Below, one piece after another: positions 1 to 8,584 of a stretch of DNA of 32,000 bases. The position numbers and the translations under genes are program-made. The stretch lies in NCBI RefSeq assembly GCF_001306055.1, contig NZ_LGHJ01000012.1, positions 180,001 to 212,000 on the forward strand, given 5' to 3'. The stretch's first letter is position 1. Every line of letters starts with the position of its first letter. The notes beneath the pieces were generated by a model, which was given only the letters and a program-made list of their open reading frames with translations, had not been told where the DNA came from and made no database searches. Source of the DNA: Bellilinea caldifistulae (GTDB taxonomy: Bacteria; Chloroflexota; Anaerolineae; Anaerolineales; Anaerolineaceae).

Positions 1-10
1 CATTCAAGCC

Positions 11-790
11 GTGGCGGCTGAGGATACCCAACCGTTGCGGCTGCCTGCCTCCGCCCGCCCGCCAGCAGTCACCCCGCCCACGGTCAAAGCTGCCGCCTCC
101 ATTTTCCGCAGCATTCCCACGCTGGCGTGGATCAGTCTGCTATCGGCAATCGTCGTGATCTGCGTGGCGATTTTGCTCTGGCTGGTGCTGCCGGACCTGC
201 AAACGGCGCTTGCCGAAAGTCCCTCGGCGGCCCGTCCGGTGGGAGCGCTGTTCAAACCATCGCTGACACCGACCTTCACCGCCACCTTCACCCCCACTGC
301 CACTGCCACCGCAACCCCCACCGAAACCTCCACACCAACCCCCACCGACACGCCAACACCCACGCCCACCGATACACCTCAGCCAACCGCCACCCCGCTC
401 TTGATCAGCGGCGGTATGGAGGTTGAAGTAGCCGAGGACGAGCCGTGGATAGATGTGGATTTGAGCGATCAAATGGTCTATGCCTATGTCGGTAGGGAAC
501 TGGTCAATAGTTTTCTGGTGTCCACCGGCACGTGGCGCACACCAACCGTCACCGGACAGTATCGCATCTATGTCAAATACCGTTACACCGACATGGCCGG
601 CCCGGGTTATTACCTTCCCGATGTACCCTACACCATGTATTTTTACAAAGGATACGGTTTGCACGGAACTTACTGGCACAATAATTTTGGTACGCCCATG
701 AGCCACGGCTGCATCAATTTACGCACCGAAGATGCCGCCTGGCTGTTCGATTTTGCCTCGGTTGGCACGCTGGTCAACATCCATGATTGA
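11..790 (+). CDS. L,D-transpeptidase (YkuD domain) with N-terminal membrane anchor and Pro/Thr-rich linker; 5' end possibly truncated by the window edge
   Basis: ORF 11..790 (GTG at 11; the same frame has no stop back to nt 2). Hydrophobic anchor LAWISLLSAIVVICVAILLWLVL. C-terminal YkuD catalytic signature GLHGTYWHNNFGTPMSHGCINLR. Confidence 0.85.
   Translation: MAAEDTQPLRLPASARPPAVTPPTVKAAASIFRSIPTLAWISLLSAIVVICVAILLWLVLPDLQTALAESPSAARPVGALFKPSLTPTFTATFTPTATATATPTETSTPTPTDTPTPTPTDTPQPTATPLLISGGMEVEVAEDEPWIDVDLSDQMVYAYVGRELVNSFLVSTGTWRTPTVTGQYRIYVKYRYTDMAGPGYYLPDVPYTMYFYKGYGLHGTYWHNNFGTPMSHGCINLRTEDAAWLFDFASVGTLVNIHD
266..396 (+). repeat. Low-complexity ACC/CCC-rich imperfect repeats encoding the PT linker (TPTFTATFTPTATATATPTETSTPTPTDTPTPTPTDTPQPTATP)
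   Basis: Visible reiteration of cccaccga(c/t)ac(g/a)cc-type units. The antisense frame reads GVGVGV..., which explains shadow ORF 4..369. Confidence 0.6.
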
Positions 791-802
791 TCCCTGGGTT
801 TG

Positions 803-1886
803 ATGTTTAGCCTGTTTTCTTCCCATCTTGCCCAAATTTCCCGCCGCGAATTTCTCAAACTCTCCGGCATCGGTGCGCTGGCATTTTTCAGCCTGCCCCT
901 GCGCCTGGATCGGCTGCTTTCTACCAGACTGCCGGAAACCGAAGTGTCGCTGCCCCGCCTTGGGCGCGTAACTGCCCCCAAAATTGATGGCTATCAACGA
1001 CCCTCTTTCAATGCCGAGCTCAAAAAAACTTACTGGCGGGATTTGGTGCTGTCCATCACCGAAGTGACCCTCGGCGGGGAAGATTCGGGCCACAATCGCA
1101 TCTGGTATGGGGTTGAGGATGGCGTTTATGTCCATTCCGGCGATATTCAACCGGTGAATCTGCAAAAGCAATCTCCGGTGGCCAGCCTGCCGGAAGGCGG
1201 AGCCCTGGCCGAGGTCAGTGTACCGTTCACCGACACCCTGTGGGATTTACGCCGCCAGGACTGGTTTTCTTATCGCCTGTACTACGGAACTACCTACTGG
1301 GTGGACCAAATCCAGCAGGATCAAAACGGGAAATTCTGGTACCGCATCCGCGATGACAAGTGGAAAATCTTTTATTACGCGGACGCCACCCACCTGCGGA
1401 TTGTCAAGGAGGAGGATGTCGCCCCCCTCTCGGCAGATGTGCCGCCGAACGAAAAACTCATCGAAATTCATCTGCCTGAACAAATCGTCATCGCCTACGA
1501 GCGAGAGCAGGCAGTTTTCATGGCGCGCACTTCCACCGGCGCCCGCTTTATAGATGGCGATTACCGCACCCCCCCCGGGAATTTACATCACCAACCGCAA
1601 ACGCCCCTCCCGCCACATGGCAGCCGGCGACCGGGCCGCCCCCAACAGTTACGATTTACCGGGTGTGCCGTGGGTGTGCTACCTGATGGACAACGGCATC
1701 TCTTTTCACGGCACCTACTGGCACAACAATTTCGGCAGGCCGCGCAGTCATGGCTGCATCAACCTGTCCATCCCCGACTCGCGTTGGGTATACCGCTGGA
1801 CTCACCCGCCTGTCCCTCTACAAAAGGTGACTCTCATCGAAAAAACCGGTACAATGGTTAAAGTAATAGACAAGCCGATGGCTTGA
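803..1886 (+). pseudogene. Second YkuD L,D-transpeptidase with Tat-type signal peptide, interrupted by a +1 frameshift in a C8 homopolymer (true pseudogene or assembly error)
   Basis: ORF 800..1861 carries the N-terminus (SRREFLKLSGIGALAFF twin-arginine motif). It loses sense after ...DGDYRTPPG. ORF 1554..1886, one frame over, carries ...PPGIYITNRKRPSRHMAAGD...HGTYWHNNFGRPRSHGCINL. The frames meet at C run 1569-1576. Deleting one C gives a continuous DGDYRTPPGIYITNRK. Confidence 0.75.
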
Positions 1887-1923
1887 CCCGATTTCCATTA
1901 AGCCTGCCCCGGAGGAGATAGCC

Positions 1924-2349
1924 ATGCCACAACCGCTTTTTGCAGGTTTGGTTGTTGACGAAAACGATCAAGTGGTGGAAACCACAATGGTTGGCTCCGA
2001 GCCGATGTACGTCGTCAATGATGCCGGTTTCCGCCGCCATATCCCCGCTGAGTATGTGGATCGGCAGGTGTTAAATTTCCTCAAAGAACAAATCAGCGGA
2101 CACGAAGACCTGCTCACCGAACAGACGGCGAAAATGCTCGGCCAGGATGACATTTTTTCTAAAGCCATCATCGAAAAACAGTTTCGCAACATTGATCAGC
2201 AGTTCGAACAGCTGCTCAAAACCGGCATTCCGGAGGAAGGACGTGCCTATATGGGGATGATGGGCTTTCGGATCGTGATCAACTTTCACGGCGATGTGAT
2301 CCGCATTGACCAGCCCGGCCTGATCAGCGGCGAGGACGAAGGAGAATGA
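1924..2349 (+). CDS. Hypothetical protein (141 aa), no recognisable motif
   Basis: ATG 1924 preceded by GGAGGAG (1911-1917). Clean ORF with host-like high-GC codon usage. Confidence 0.7.
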   Translation: MPQPLFAGLVVDENDQVVETTMVGSEPMYVVNDAGFRRHIPAEYVDRQVLNFLKEQISGHEDLLTEQTAKMLGQDDIFSKAIIEKQFRNIDQQFEQLLKTGIPEEGRAYMGMMGFRIVINFHGDVIRIDQPGLISGEDEGE

Positions 2350-2460
2350 TTCTGAAAAAATGTTTACAGACCACTCCACTTTTCCGATAAAACTCTAATA
2401 AGAATTGGGTAAAATGGACATGCTGGGAGAGTTTACCGGCTTTTTGGATGGAGGAGTGAC

Positions 2461-3291
2461 ATGACGCCTGACAACATTATTGATGTTAGCGAAGCCGATT
2501 TCGAATACGAGGTGATCGAATATTCTCAAAACACCCCGGTAGTGGTGGATTTTTGGGCTGCCTGGTGCCAGCCCTGCAAAGTGCTGGCACCCATGCTGGA
2601 AAAACTGGTCAAGGAAACCGCCGGTGCAATCCGCCTGGCACGGGTCAATGTGGATGAAAACCCCAACCTTGCCATCCGCTTTGGCGTGCGCAGCATACCG
2701 GCGGTCAAAGCGTTTAGTGGTGGTCAAATTGTCGGCGAATTTACCGGTGTTCAACCCGAATCACGTTTGCGCGAATTTCTCAGCCGCATTCAGCCGCCCA
2801 GCCCGGCCGGTTTGGCACTCGAACATGCCCTTAGCCTGCTCAATCAGGAGCAGTGGGCCGAAGCCGAACCGATTTTACGCGAGGTGTTGGAGCAAATGCC
2901 CGGCAACCCGCCTGCCCTGCTGGGGCTGGCACGCGCGCTGCTGGCGCAGGGTAAAGCCCGCGAAGCCCATAACATTCTCAGCGCCTTCCCCGCCAGTCGT
3001 GAGTTTGCCAACGCGCAAACCCTTCTGCCATTGGCAAAGGCGATGGAAGACCTGCGCCATCATCAGCCGGGTGAAGAACCGGATGAACAGAGTGCGGCTT
3101 ACTGGAACGCCATTCGGCTGGCTGCCCGCGGACGCATTCCGCTGGCACTGGACGGTTTGCTGGACTTACTACGGCAGGATCGCCGCAACGATCCCGTGCG
3201 GTTGACCATCCTCGGTCTGCTGGAAGTGCTGGGGGACGACAACCCGCAAACCCGCAGTTACCGCCGCGAATTGGCAAGCATTCTGTTCTGA
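2461..3291 (+). CDS. Thioredoxin-domain protein with C-terminal TPR-like domain (YbbN/CnoX-type architecture) with intact CxxC
   Basis: ATG 2461 preceded by GGAGGAG. Trx active site FWAAWCQPCK. Helical C-terminal half ending ...YRRELASILF, as in YbbN-type proteins (recognised from memory). Confidence 0.85.
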   Translation: MTPDNIIDVSEADFEYEVIEYSQNTPVVVDFWAAWCQPCKVLAPMLEKLVKETAGAIRLARVNVDENPNLAIRFGVRSIPAVKAFSGGQIVGEFTGVQPESRLREFLSRIQPPSPAGLALEHALSLLNQEQWAEAEPILREVLEQMPGNPPALLGLARALLAQGKAREAHNILSAFPASREFANAQTLLPLAKAMEDLRHHQPGEEPDEQSAAYWNAIRLAARGRIPLALDGLLDLLRQDRRNDPVRLTILGLLEVLGDDNPQTRSYRRELASILF

Positions 3292-3298
3292 ATCGACT

Positions 3299-4249
3299 TT
3301 ACCTTCTCAACACCAGCACCGCCCAGGTGGTCGGATCGGTCAGGCGGCGGTTAGGAGCCATCGAAACCATGCTCTGCTGGACGTTTTCGCCTTCCTTGTC
3401 ATTATCCGAGACCGAGACGGCAAAACCGTAACGCTGACCGTCGGCCGGGGTGATGCCAAACAAACTCCATGGAACGGCAGCCTCAACCCGGTACAGCCCG
3501 GAACCACCTTCTGAGGCAATTTTTACGTCCGAGCGGCTGCCCGCCTTTCCGGCGGGGTAGTACAGATAGGCTTCTTTATCACCACTGACCGATCCCTTGC
3601 CGGGCGAGATGACCAGCTGATAATCATCACCGCTCAACTCGCGCGAATTGAGATCGCCCAACAGGTCAACATCCAGCAGCAGTTCGATCGTATCGCCTTT
3701 GTACAGGTCAATTCCGCTGGCGTTCTGGACGTATTGATCATCAATCACCTTGACTGCCAGATAAAGGTAGGTATTATCCCAGCCGATTCGGAAAGACCCC
3801 TCCAGGTCTTCTTTGCCGGTGTGATTCTCCTTGCCAAAAACCACCGGCTTGATCGGATAAGCGGTGGTTTTCCACTCATCCCAAACGCCGTCCAGTTTGG
3901 GCGCTTCGCTCAGATAAGGCGCCGTATAACTCCCTGCCGAGCGCAGTGCTGCCGTTTGGGTCACAGTGGGGGAGGCCGGCGGTTGGGTTGGCTGCACAGC
4001 GGTACTGGTCGGCAGCGGCGAAGGCGCGGGCGGGGGCGTATTGGTGCTGATGACCGGCTCACTGGTAGCCGAAGGCAGCGGCGAGGGAATACCCACCTGC
4101 GTTTGCACCAGTTCAAACAAAGCCGTCATCGTCCGGTTGGGGGTAGGTTCTGACAGAGTGGGTGCAGCCTGACGGCCGGGCAAATTACACGCCAGCGTTA
4201 GCGCCAGCAGCAGCATCACGGCCGAGCCAATCGAAAGCTTTCTTTTCAT
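3299..4249 (-). CDS. Secreted lipoprotein with S/T/P-rich linker and C-terminal CBM9/DOMON-like carbohydrate-binding-type domain (function tentative)
   Basis: ORF 3299..4291. Preferred start is ATG at 4249 with AAGGAG 6 nt upstream, giving MKRKLSIGSAVMLLLALTLAC (lipobox-like LTLAC). The C-terminal motifs YLYLAVKVIDD and GFAVSVSDND resemble family-9-like binding domains. Confidence 0.7.
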   Translation of the reverse strand: MKRKLSIGSAVMLLLALTLACNLPGRQAAPTLSEPTPNRTMTALFELVQTQVGIPSPLPSATSEPVISTNTPPPAPSPLPTSTAVQPTQPPASPTVTQTAALRSAGSYTAPYLSEAPKLDGVWDEWKTTAYPIKPVVFGKENHTGKEDLEGSFRIGWDNTYLYLAVKVIDDQYVQNASGIDLYKGDTIELLLDVDLLGDLNSRELSGDDYQLVISPGKGSVSGDKEAYLYYPAGKAGSRSDVKIASEGGSGLYRVEAAVPWSLFGITPADGQRYGFAVSVSDNDKEGENVQQSMVSMAPNRRLTDPTTWAVLVLRR

Positions 4250-4365
4250 ACGGAACTCCTTTCTCCTCCAGAGCGACCAATCCAACTTCAAATACTATGG
4301 CTGTTAATATTCTACGCTATAATTGATTTGTACCTCAATAAATACCTTCTTGGAAAGACCCCAAA

Positions 4366-5037
4366 TTGAGTGATTCGGCTGTTTCTCCGCCTCATCTCGA
4401 AATTTGCGTGGTGGTTTTTACCCTGCAGGAAAGCCGCCTGAAAGTTTTATTGATTCCTTCTAAAGACCCCATCTTCGCGGATATGTGGATGCTTCCCGCC
4501 GCCCCCGTTCTCGACTGCGCCCTCGAAAAAGCCGCCGCCAGGCAGATCGAGCAGCTCACCGGTGTGGGAGAAGTTTATCTGGAACAACTTTACACCTACG
4601 GCGACCCGGGCCGGCATCCGACCTGCCGCCTGATTTCAATTGTGTATTTTGCTCTCATCCCGGCGGATAGTCTCCTGCCGGCCGCCGAACAAAAAAGCGG
4701 CAGCCACTGGTTTGCCCTGGAAGAACTGCCGCGGCTGGCGATGGACCATGCCGACATTCTGGCATATGCCCTGCGCCGTTTGCGCTACAAACTGGAATAT
4801 ACCGCAGTAGGTTTTGAACTTTTGCCGGAATTTTTCACCCTCAGCGAATTGCAGCACACCTACGAGTTGATTCTGGGCGAAAAGCTGGATAAGCGCAACT
4901 TTCGCCGCCGCATTCTGGAAGCCGGGATTATTGAAGCTACCCCGCATCGCCGCAGTGGAGAAGGCCGGCCGGCGCTGCTCTACCGCTACCGCCCGGATGC
5001 CGTTGCCGAAGTCAAAGCCCGCCGCTTATTCCCCTAA
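4366..5037 (+). CDS. nrtR: NrtR-family regulator: Nudix-fold N-domain with degenerate Nudix box plus C-terminal winged-helix domain
   Basis: TTG start at 4366. The Nudix-box position reads RQIEQLTGV instead of REUxEExGU. The C-terminal ...LPEFFTLSELQHTYELILGEKLDKRNFRRRILEAG... is typical of the NrtR wHTH domain. Confidence 0.7.
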   Translation: MSDSAVSPPHLEICVVVFTLQESRLKVLLIPSKDPIFADMWMLPAAPVLDCALEKAAARQIEQLTGVGEVYLEQLYTYGDPGRHPTCRLISIVYFALIPADSLLPAAEQKSGSHWFALEELPRLAMDHADILAYALRRLRYKLEYTAVGFELLPEFFTLSELQHTYELILGEKLDKRNFRRRILEAGIIEATPHRRSGEGRPALLYRYRPDAVAEVKARRLFP

Positions 5038-6278
5038 GCGGTGCGGCGCAACAGGCTGATGCTTTCGATATGATAGGTTTGGGGGAATAAATCGAAGGGT
5101 TTGATCTTTTCCAGCCGGTAACCCTTTTCAAGCAGTCGTTTGAGATCGCGCGCCAGGGTTGCCGGGTCACACGAAACATAAGCGATCCACCCCGGCTGCA
5201 AGGCAACCAGCGCATCCAGCGCCCGGCGGTCCAATCCGGCACGCGGCGGGTCAATCACAGCCGCCACCTTACCGCTCAACCGCAGGCCCGGCAGCACTTC
5301 TTCTGCCGCACCCATGTAAAGCTCCACTCCATCAAATTCATCCAGATTCACCGCGTAATCATCACAGGCGGATGGGGACACCTCCACGCCGATACAGCGG
5401 GCAGCCCGCTCGGCCAGGAATGCCGAAAACAGCCCCACCCCGCAATAGACATCCAGCAAAGTCGTCTGCTGGTCGAGAGGTAGCCCTTCCTGGAGGTACT
5501 CTACCATTGCCCCCGCCTGAGCCGTGTTAACCTGAAAGAACGACCCCGCCGAAACGCGGAAAAGCCGGCCATTCACTTCCATTGGCAGCCAGTCCTCCCC
5601 AGCCAGCACAATGCTGCCGGCCGGGCTGAGGTGTACGGCTGAGATGGGCAAATCCACTTCCAAAGCCGGCAATTCAACCGGCTGACCCTCCAGGATCAGC
5701 AGCACTTCCTCATCGGCTCCAACCCGCAAACCAACCCGCTCGATGCCCAATCCCGCTTCAAAATCCAGTTGCCGCCAGATTTCATCCAGCGGCGGTTGGG
5801 GTAAGAAGCATTCCTCGATGGCAACCACGCGGTTGCTGTTCATTTCTTCATAACCAAGCCGGCCTCGTTCATCCAGATGAAACTGGACGGTATTGCGGTA
5901 GAGCCACGCCTGCGGCGATGGCTGAATAGCTTCCAACGGTGGGTCGCTCAAACCAGCAATTCGCTGCAGTTGCTCACGCAGCACTTCGTTTTTGACTTTC
6001 AGCTGATCGGCATAGGCAAGATGTTGATAGTGACAGCCGCCGCACACCCCAAAATGACGGCAGCGCGGGATGATTCGCTGCGGTGCGGATTCAAGCACCT
6101 CCACCAGTCGCGCCCGCGCAAAACCGCGCTTTTCCTCGGTCAGCTCAACCCGAACGCGCTCGCCCGGCAAGGCGTAGGGAACAAACACCGCCCTGCCATC
6201 CGCCAGCCGCCCCATGCTGCTACCGCCAAAGGTATGGCGGAGGAGTTCTACTTCAATCAGCCCGGAAGTTGCCGGCAT
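5034..6278 (-). CDS. rlmD: TRAM-domain, Fe-S-containing RNA (uracil-5-)-methyltransferase, RlmD/RumA family
   Basis: N-terminal TRAM-like segment. Cys cluster CRHFGVCGGCHYQHL. SAM-MTase motifs LLDVYCGVGLFS, VIDPPRAGL and VSCDPATLARDL. The start ATG overlaps the upstream CBS gene stop (TAATG). Confidence 0.85.
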   Translation of the reverse strand: MPATSGLIEVELLRHTFGGSSMGRLADGRAVFVPYALPGERVRVELTEEKRGFARARLVEVLESAPQRIIPRCRHFGVCGGCHYQHLAYADQLKVKNEVLREQLQRIAGLSDPPLEAIQPSPQAWLYRNTVQFHLDERGRLGYEEMNSNRVVAIEECFLPQPPLDEIWRQLDFEAGLGIERVGLRVGADEEVLLILEGQPVELPALEVDLPISAVHLSPAGSIVLAGEDWLPMEVNGRLFRVSAGSFFQVNTAQAGAMVEYLQEGLPLDQQTTLLDVYCGVGLFSAFLAERAARCIGVEVSPSACDDYAVNLDEFDGVELYMGAAEEVLPGLRLSGKVAAVIDPPRAGLDRRALDALVALQPGWIAYVSCDPATLARDLKRLLEKGYRLEKIKPFDLFPQTYHIESISLLRRTA

Positions 6279-6712
6279 TAGATCATGTGTACCCAGATAT
6301 AGTCTTCCAGGCTCTGAATGGTCATGTCCTTTTCAAGCATTAACTGCTTGACCACATCTCCAATTGAAATGACACCGACCAGTTTATCGCCGTCCAGCAC
6401 CGGTAAATGGCGGAAGCGCTTGGCGGTCATCAGCGCCATGCAGGATTCAACCGATTGCTCAGGGGTCACATAATAAACCGCCCCGACCATGCAATCATTG
6501 ACCGGAGATTGCAGCGAGACCTTTCCGCTGGCCGCCTGCCGGGCAAAATCCCGCTCGGAGAAGATGCCTACAATCTTGCCGGCTTCCACCACCAGCACAG
6601 CTCCAATTTTCTGCTCCGCCATCAACTTGAGCGCATCCAGGACGGTGGAAGAGGGGGTTACGTACCACACCTGTGTGTATTTATCTTTCAGCAAATCCTT
6701 TACTGTCGCCAT
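6278..6712 (-). CDS. CBS-pair domain protein (paralog 1)
   Basis: ORF 6278..6721. Start taken at MATVKDLL (6712) by analogy with the neighbour and an AAGGA 8 nt upstream. Typical CBS motifs GIFSERD and HLPVLD. Confidence 0.8.
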   Translation of the reverse strand: MATVKDLLKDKYTQVWYVTPSSTVLDALKLMAEQKIGAVLVVEAGKIVGIFSERDFARQAASGKVSLQSPVNDCMVGAVYYVTPEQSVESCMALMTAKRFRHLPVLDGDKLVGVISIGDVVKQLMLEKDMTIQSLEDYIWVHMI

Positions 6713-6744
6713 TGGCAGCATCCTTTCCGCTTTTCTGGTTGTAC

Positions 6745-7191
6745 CTATCCGCTGTAACCACGCCCAAGGATGTAATTTTCCAACCCCTGAATGGTGGTCT
6801 CTTTTTCCTCTAAAACCTGCTTGACCACATCGCCAATACTGATCAAACCAACCAGTTTGTGATTCTCATCCAGAACCGGCAGGTGGCGGATGTGCTTGGA
6901 GGTCATCAGCGCCATGCACTCTTCCACGGTTTGGGTGGGGCTGACATAATAAACCGCACGGGTCATCAAATCGCTGACCGGCTCATCCAGCAGCAGCGAT
7001 TCGCGTTGAGCCGCAAAGCGCGCATAATCCCGCTCCGAAAAGATGCCGGCAATTTTCTCTCCCTCCATCACCAGCACCGCGCCAATGTTCTTTTCGGCCA
7101 TTAACTTCAGCGTTTCGCGCACGGTAGCCGTCACCGGCACGCTCCAAACATCCGTTCCTTTAATCTTCAACAGGTTTTTCACAGTCGCCAT
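6745..7191 (-). CDS. CBS-pair domain protein (paralog 2)
   Basis: ORF 6745..7242. ATG at 7191 (MATVKNLL) with AAGGAG 9 nt upstream. Roughly 60% identical by eye to the downstream paralog. Confidence 0.8.
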   Translation of the reverse strand: MATVKNLLKIKGTDVWSVPVTATVRETLKLMAEKNIGAVLVMEGEKIAGIFSERDYARFAAQRESLLLDEPVSDLMTRAVYYVSPTQTVEECMALMTSKHIRHLPVLDENHKLVGLISIGDVVKQVLEEKETTIQGLENYILGRGYSG

Positions 7192-7278
7192 CAGGAAATC
7201 TCCTTTCGTCAAACACGGGTTGGGTGTCAGGGAAAATAACAAACAAAATCACAGGAAAAAACTCCAATTGGTAACTTT

Positions 7279-7307
7279 ATTATATAAGAATTCAAACCTG
7301 CCTTCAA
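7279..7307 (-). promoter_or_regulatory. Putative sigma70-type promoter for the CBS-CBS-rlmD operon (TTGAAG-17-TATAAT)
   Basis: Minus strand: -35 TTGAAG (7302-7307), 17-nt spacer, -10 TATAAT (7279-7284), about 80 nt upstream of the CBS start. Confidence 0.5.
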
Positions 7308-7430
7308 ACACCAAACGCAACTCTTAATTTGATTATGATAAGAACGGTGCAAGAGTCAAGTTGGCGGAGTAAGGTGGTTGGGTTATTTAAAAATCACCCG
7401 CATTAATCTGGTTTTTAATTTAACCAATAT

Positions 7431-7438
7431 TGTATAAT
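7431..7438 (+). promoter_or_regulatory. Possible -10 element (TGTATAAT) for the cytochrome c / ACIII operon
   Basis: TATAAT at 7433-7438 with TG immediately upstream, inside a 330-nt AT-rich divergent intergenic region. No convincing -35. Confidence 0.35.
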
Positions 7439-7571
7439 TTATAACAAATACCCTAAGGATCACCAGACGAATTCTTCGGAGCATATTTCATTCTTTTTTG
7501 AAAGAGCCGGGGCGGGAAAAAAGATTGCGGCTTGTTTTTGAAATGTGGCTTTAGAAATCAGGAGACTGGCA

Positions 7572-8546
7572 ATGAGCAAACCCATCCTTATTACTCTGAT
7601 AGCAATCCTGATGCTGGTAACCGGTCTGATCGCTTTTCAATTTCAACCTGTGCTGGCTTTCAACACCATTTTCCAGCAAGATGAGCCGCTGGTGCGTGGC
7701 GCGCAATTATACGACGACTGGACGCAAGTCACCGGCCAGGCTCCGCCGCAGGGCAATCACCCCATCTGGTCGCGCCAGACCACCAATACCCGCAGCGGGG
7801 TGGATACCTGGCGCTGTGTTTCCTGCCACGGCTGGGACTATCAGGGCAAAGACGGTGCCTTTGCTGCCGGGGCAAATTACACCGGTTTTCCCGGCGTTTA
7901 CGACGCCCAGAGCCTGCCGTTGGAGGACTTGAAAGCCATCTTGAGCGGTCAGAAAGACCCCCAGCATGATTTCTCCGCCTACTTGAGCGATGCCGACCTG
8001 GAAGCGCTGGCGGTCTTCATCCGGCAGGGGGTGATTGACGATAATCGCTTCATTGACCGCATCAGCCTTAAACCCATCGGCGGAGACCTGCAAAGCGGCA
8101 AAACCCTGTACGAGCAGGGCTGCGCTTCCTGCCACGGCAGTGATGGACAGACGATTACCTTCCGCTATGAAGGCCAGACGGTCAGTCTGGGAACGCTGGC
8201 CGTTCAGGACCCGTGGCGCTTTTTGCACCGCACCCGTTTCGGTACGGCCCGCGCCCCACAAATGACCATCGGTTTGAACCTCGGCTGGAGTCCACAGGAA
8301 GGACGCGATGTTCTGCTGTACGCCCAATCTTTTGCCACCGGCCTGGAACAACCGGTTAGCCCCTCGCTGGGAGAGCAGCCGGGCGGCAGCGTCAGCCAGC
8401 CGGGCGGCCCGGCCAATAACCTCATCACCGGCATTCTCACCGCTTTGGGCGCCATGGCGGCCAGTTTGGGCTTTGCTGTGGTGCTGGGTAGTTTACTGGT
8501 AGGTATTCTCTTGCTGGTTGTGTGGTCCATTCGCAACCGCAAATAA
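7572..8546 (+). CDS. Membrane-anchored dihaem c-type cytochrome (N-terminal signal/anchor, C-terminal hydrophobic anchor)
   Basis: ATG 7572 with GGAG 7 nt upstream (the ORF track starts at 7545). Two CxxCH motifs (CVSCHG, CASCHG). C-terminal hydrophobic stretch ITGILTALGAMAASLGFAVVLGSLLVGILLLVVW. Lies 38 nt upstream of actA. Confidence 0.85.
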   Translation: MSKPILITLIAILMLVTGLIAFQFQPVLAFNTIFQQDEPLVRGAQLYDDWTQVTGQAPPQGNHPIWSRQTTNTRSGVDTWRCVSCHGWDYQGKDGAFAAGANYTGFPGVYDAQSLPLEDLKAILSGQKDPQHDFSAYLSDADLEALAVFIRQGVIDDNRFIDRISLKPIGGDLQSGKTLYEQGCASCHGSDGQTITFRYEGQTVSLGTLAVQDPWRFLHRTRFGTARAPQMTIGLNLGWSPQEGRDVLLYAQSFATGLEQPVSPSLGEQPGGSVSQPGGPANNLITGILTALGAMAASLGFAVVLGSLLVGILLLVVWSIRNRK

Positions 8547-8584
8547 ATCCGTACAAAGATCGCACATCGAGAAAGGAGACGAGC

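Noticed and set aside
4-369. Minus-strand ORF reading GVGVGVSVGVGVEV...
   Set aside because: It is the antisense reading of the Pro/Thr linker repeats of the L,D-transpeptidase gene. It has no independent support.
1565-1582. Programmed +1 ribosomal frameshift in the second L,D-transpeptidase.
   Set aside because: No known frameshift-stimulating context (such as a slippery heptamer plus structure, or a rare or stop codon in the zero frame) is evident. A one-base homopolymer length change is the simpler explanation.
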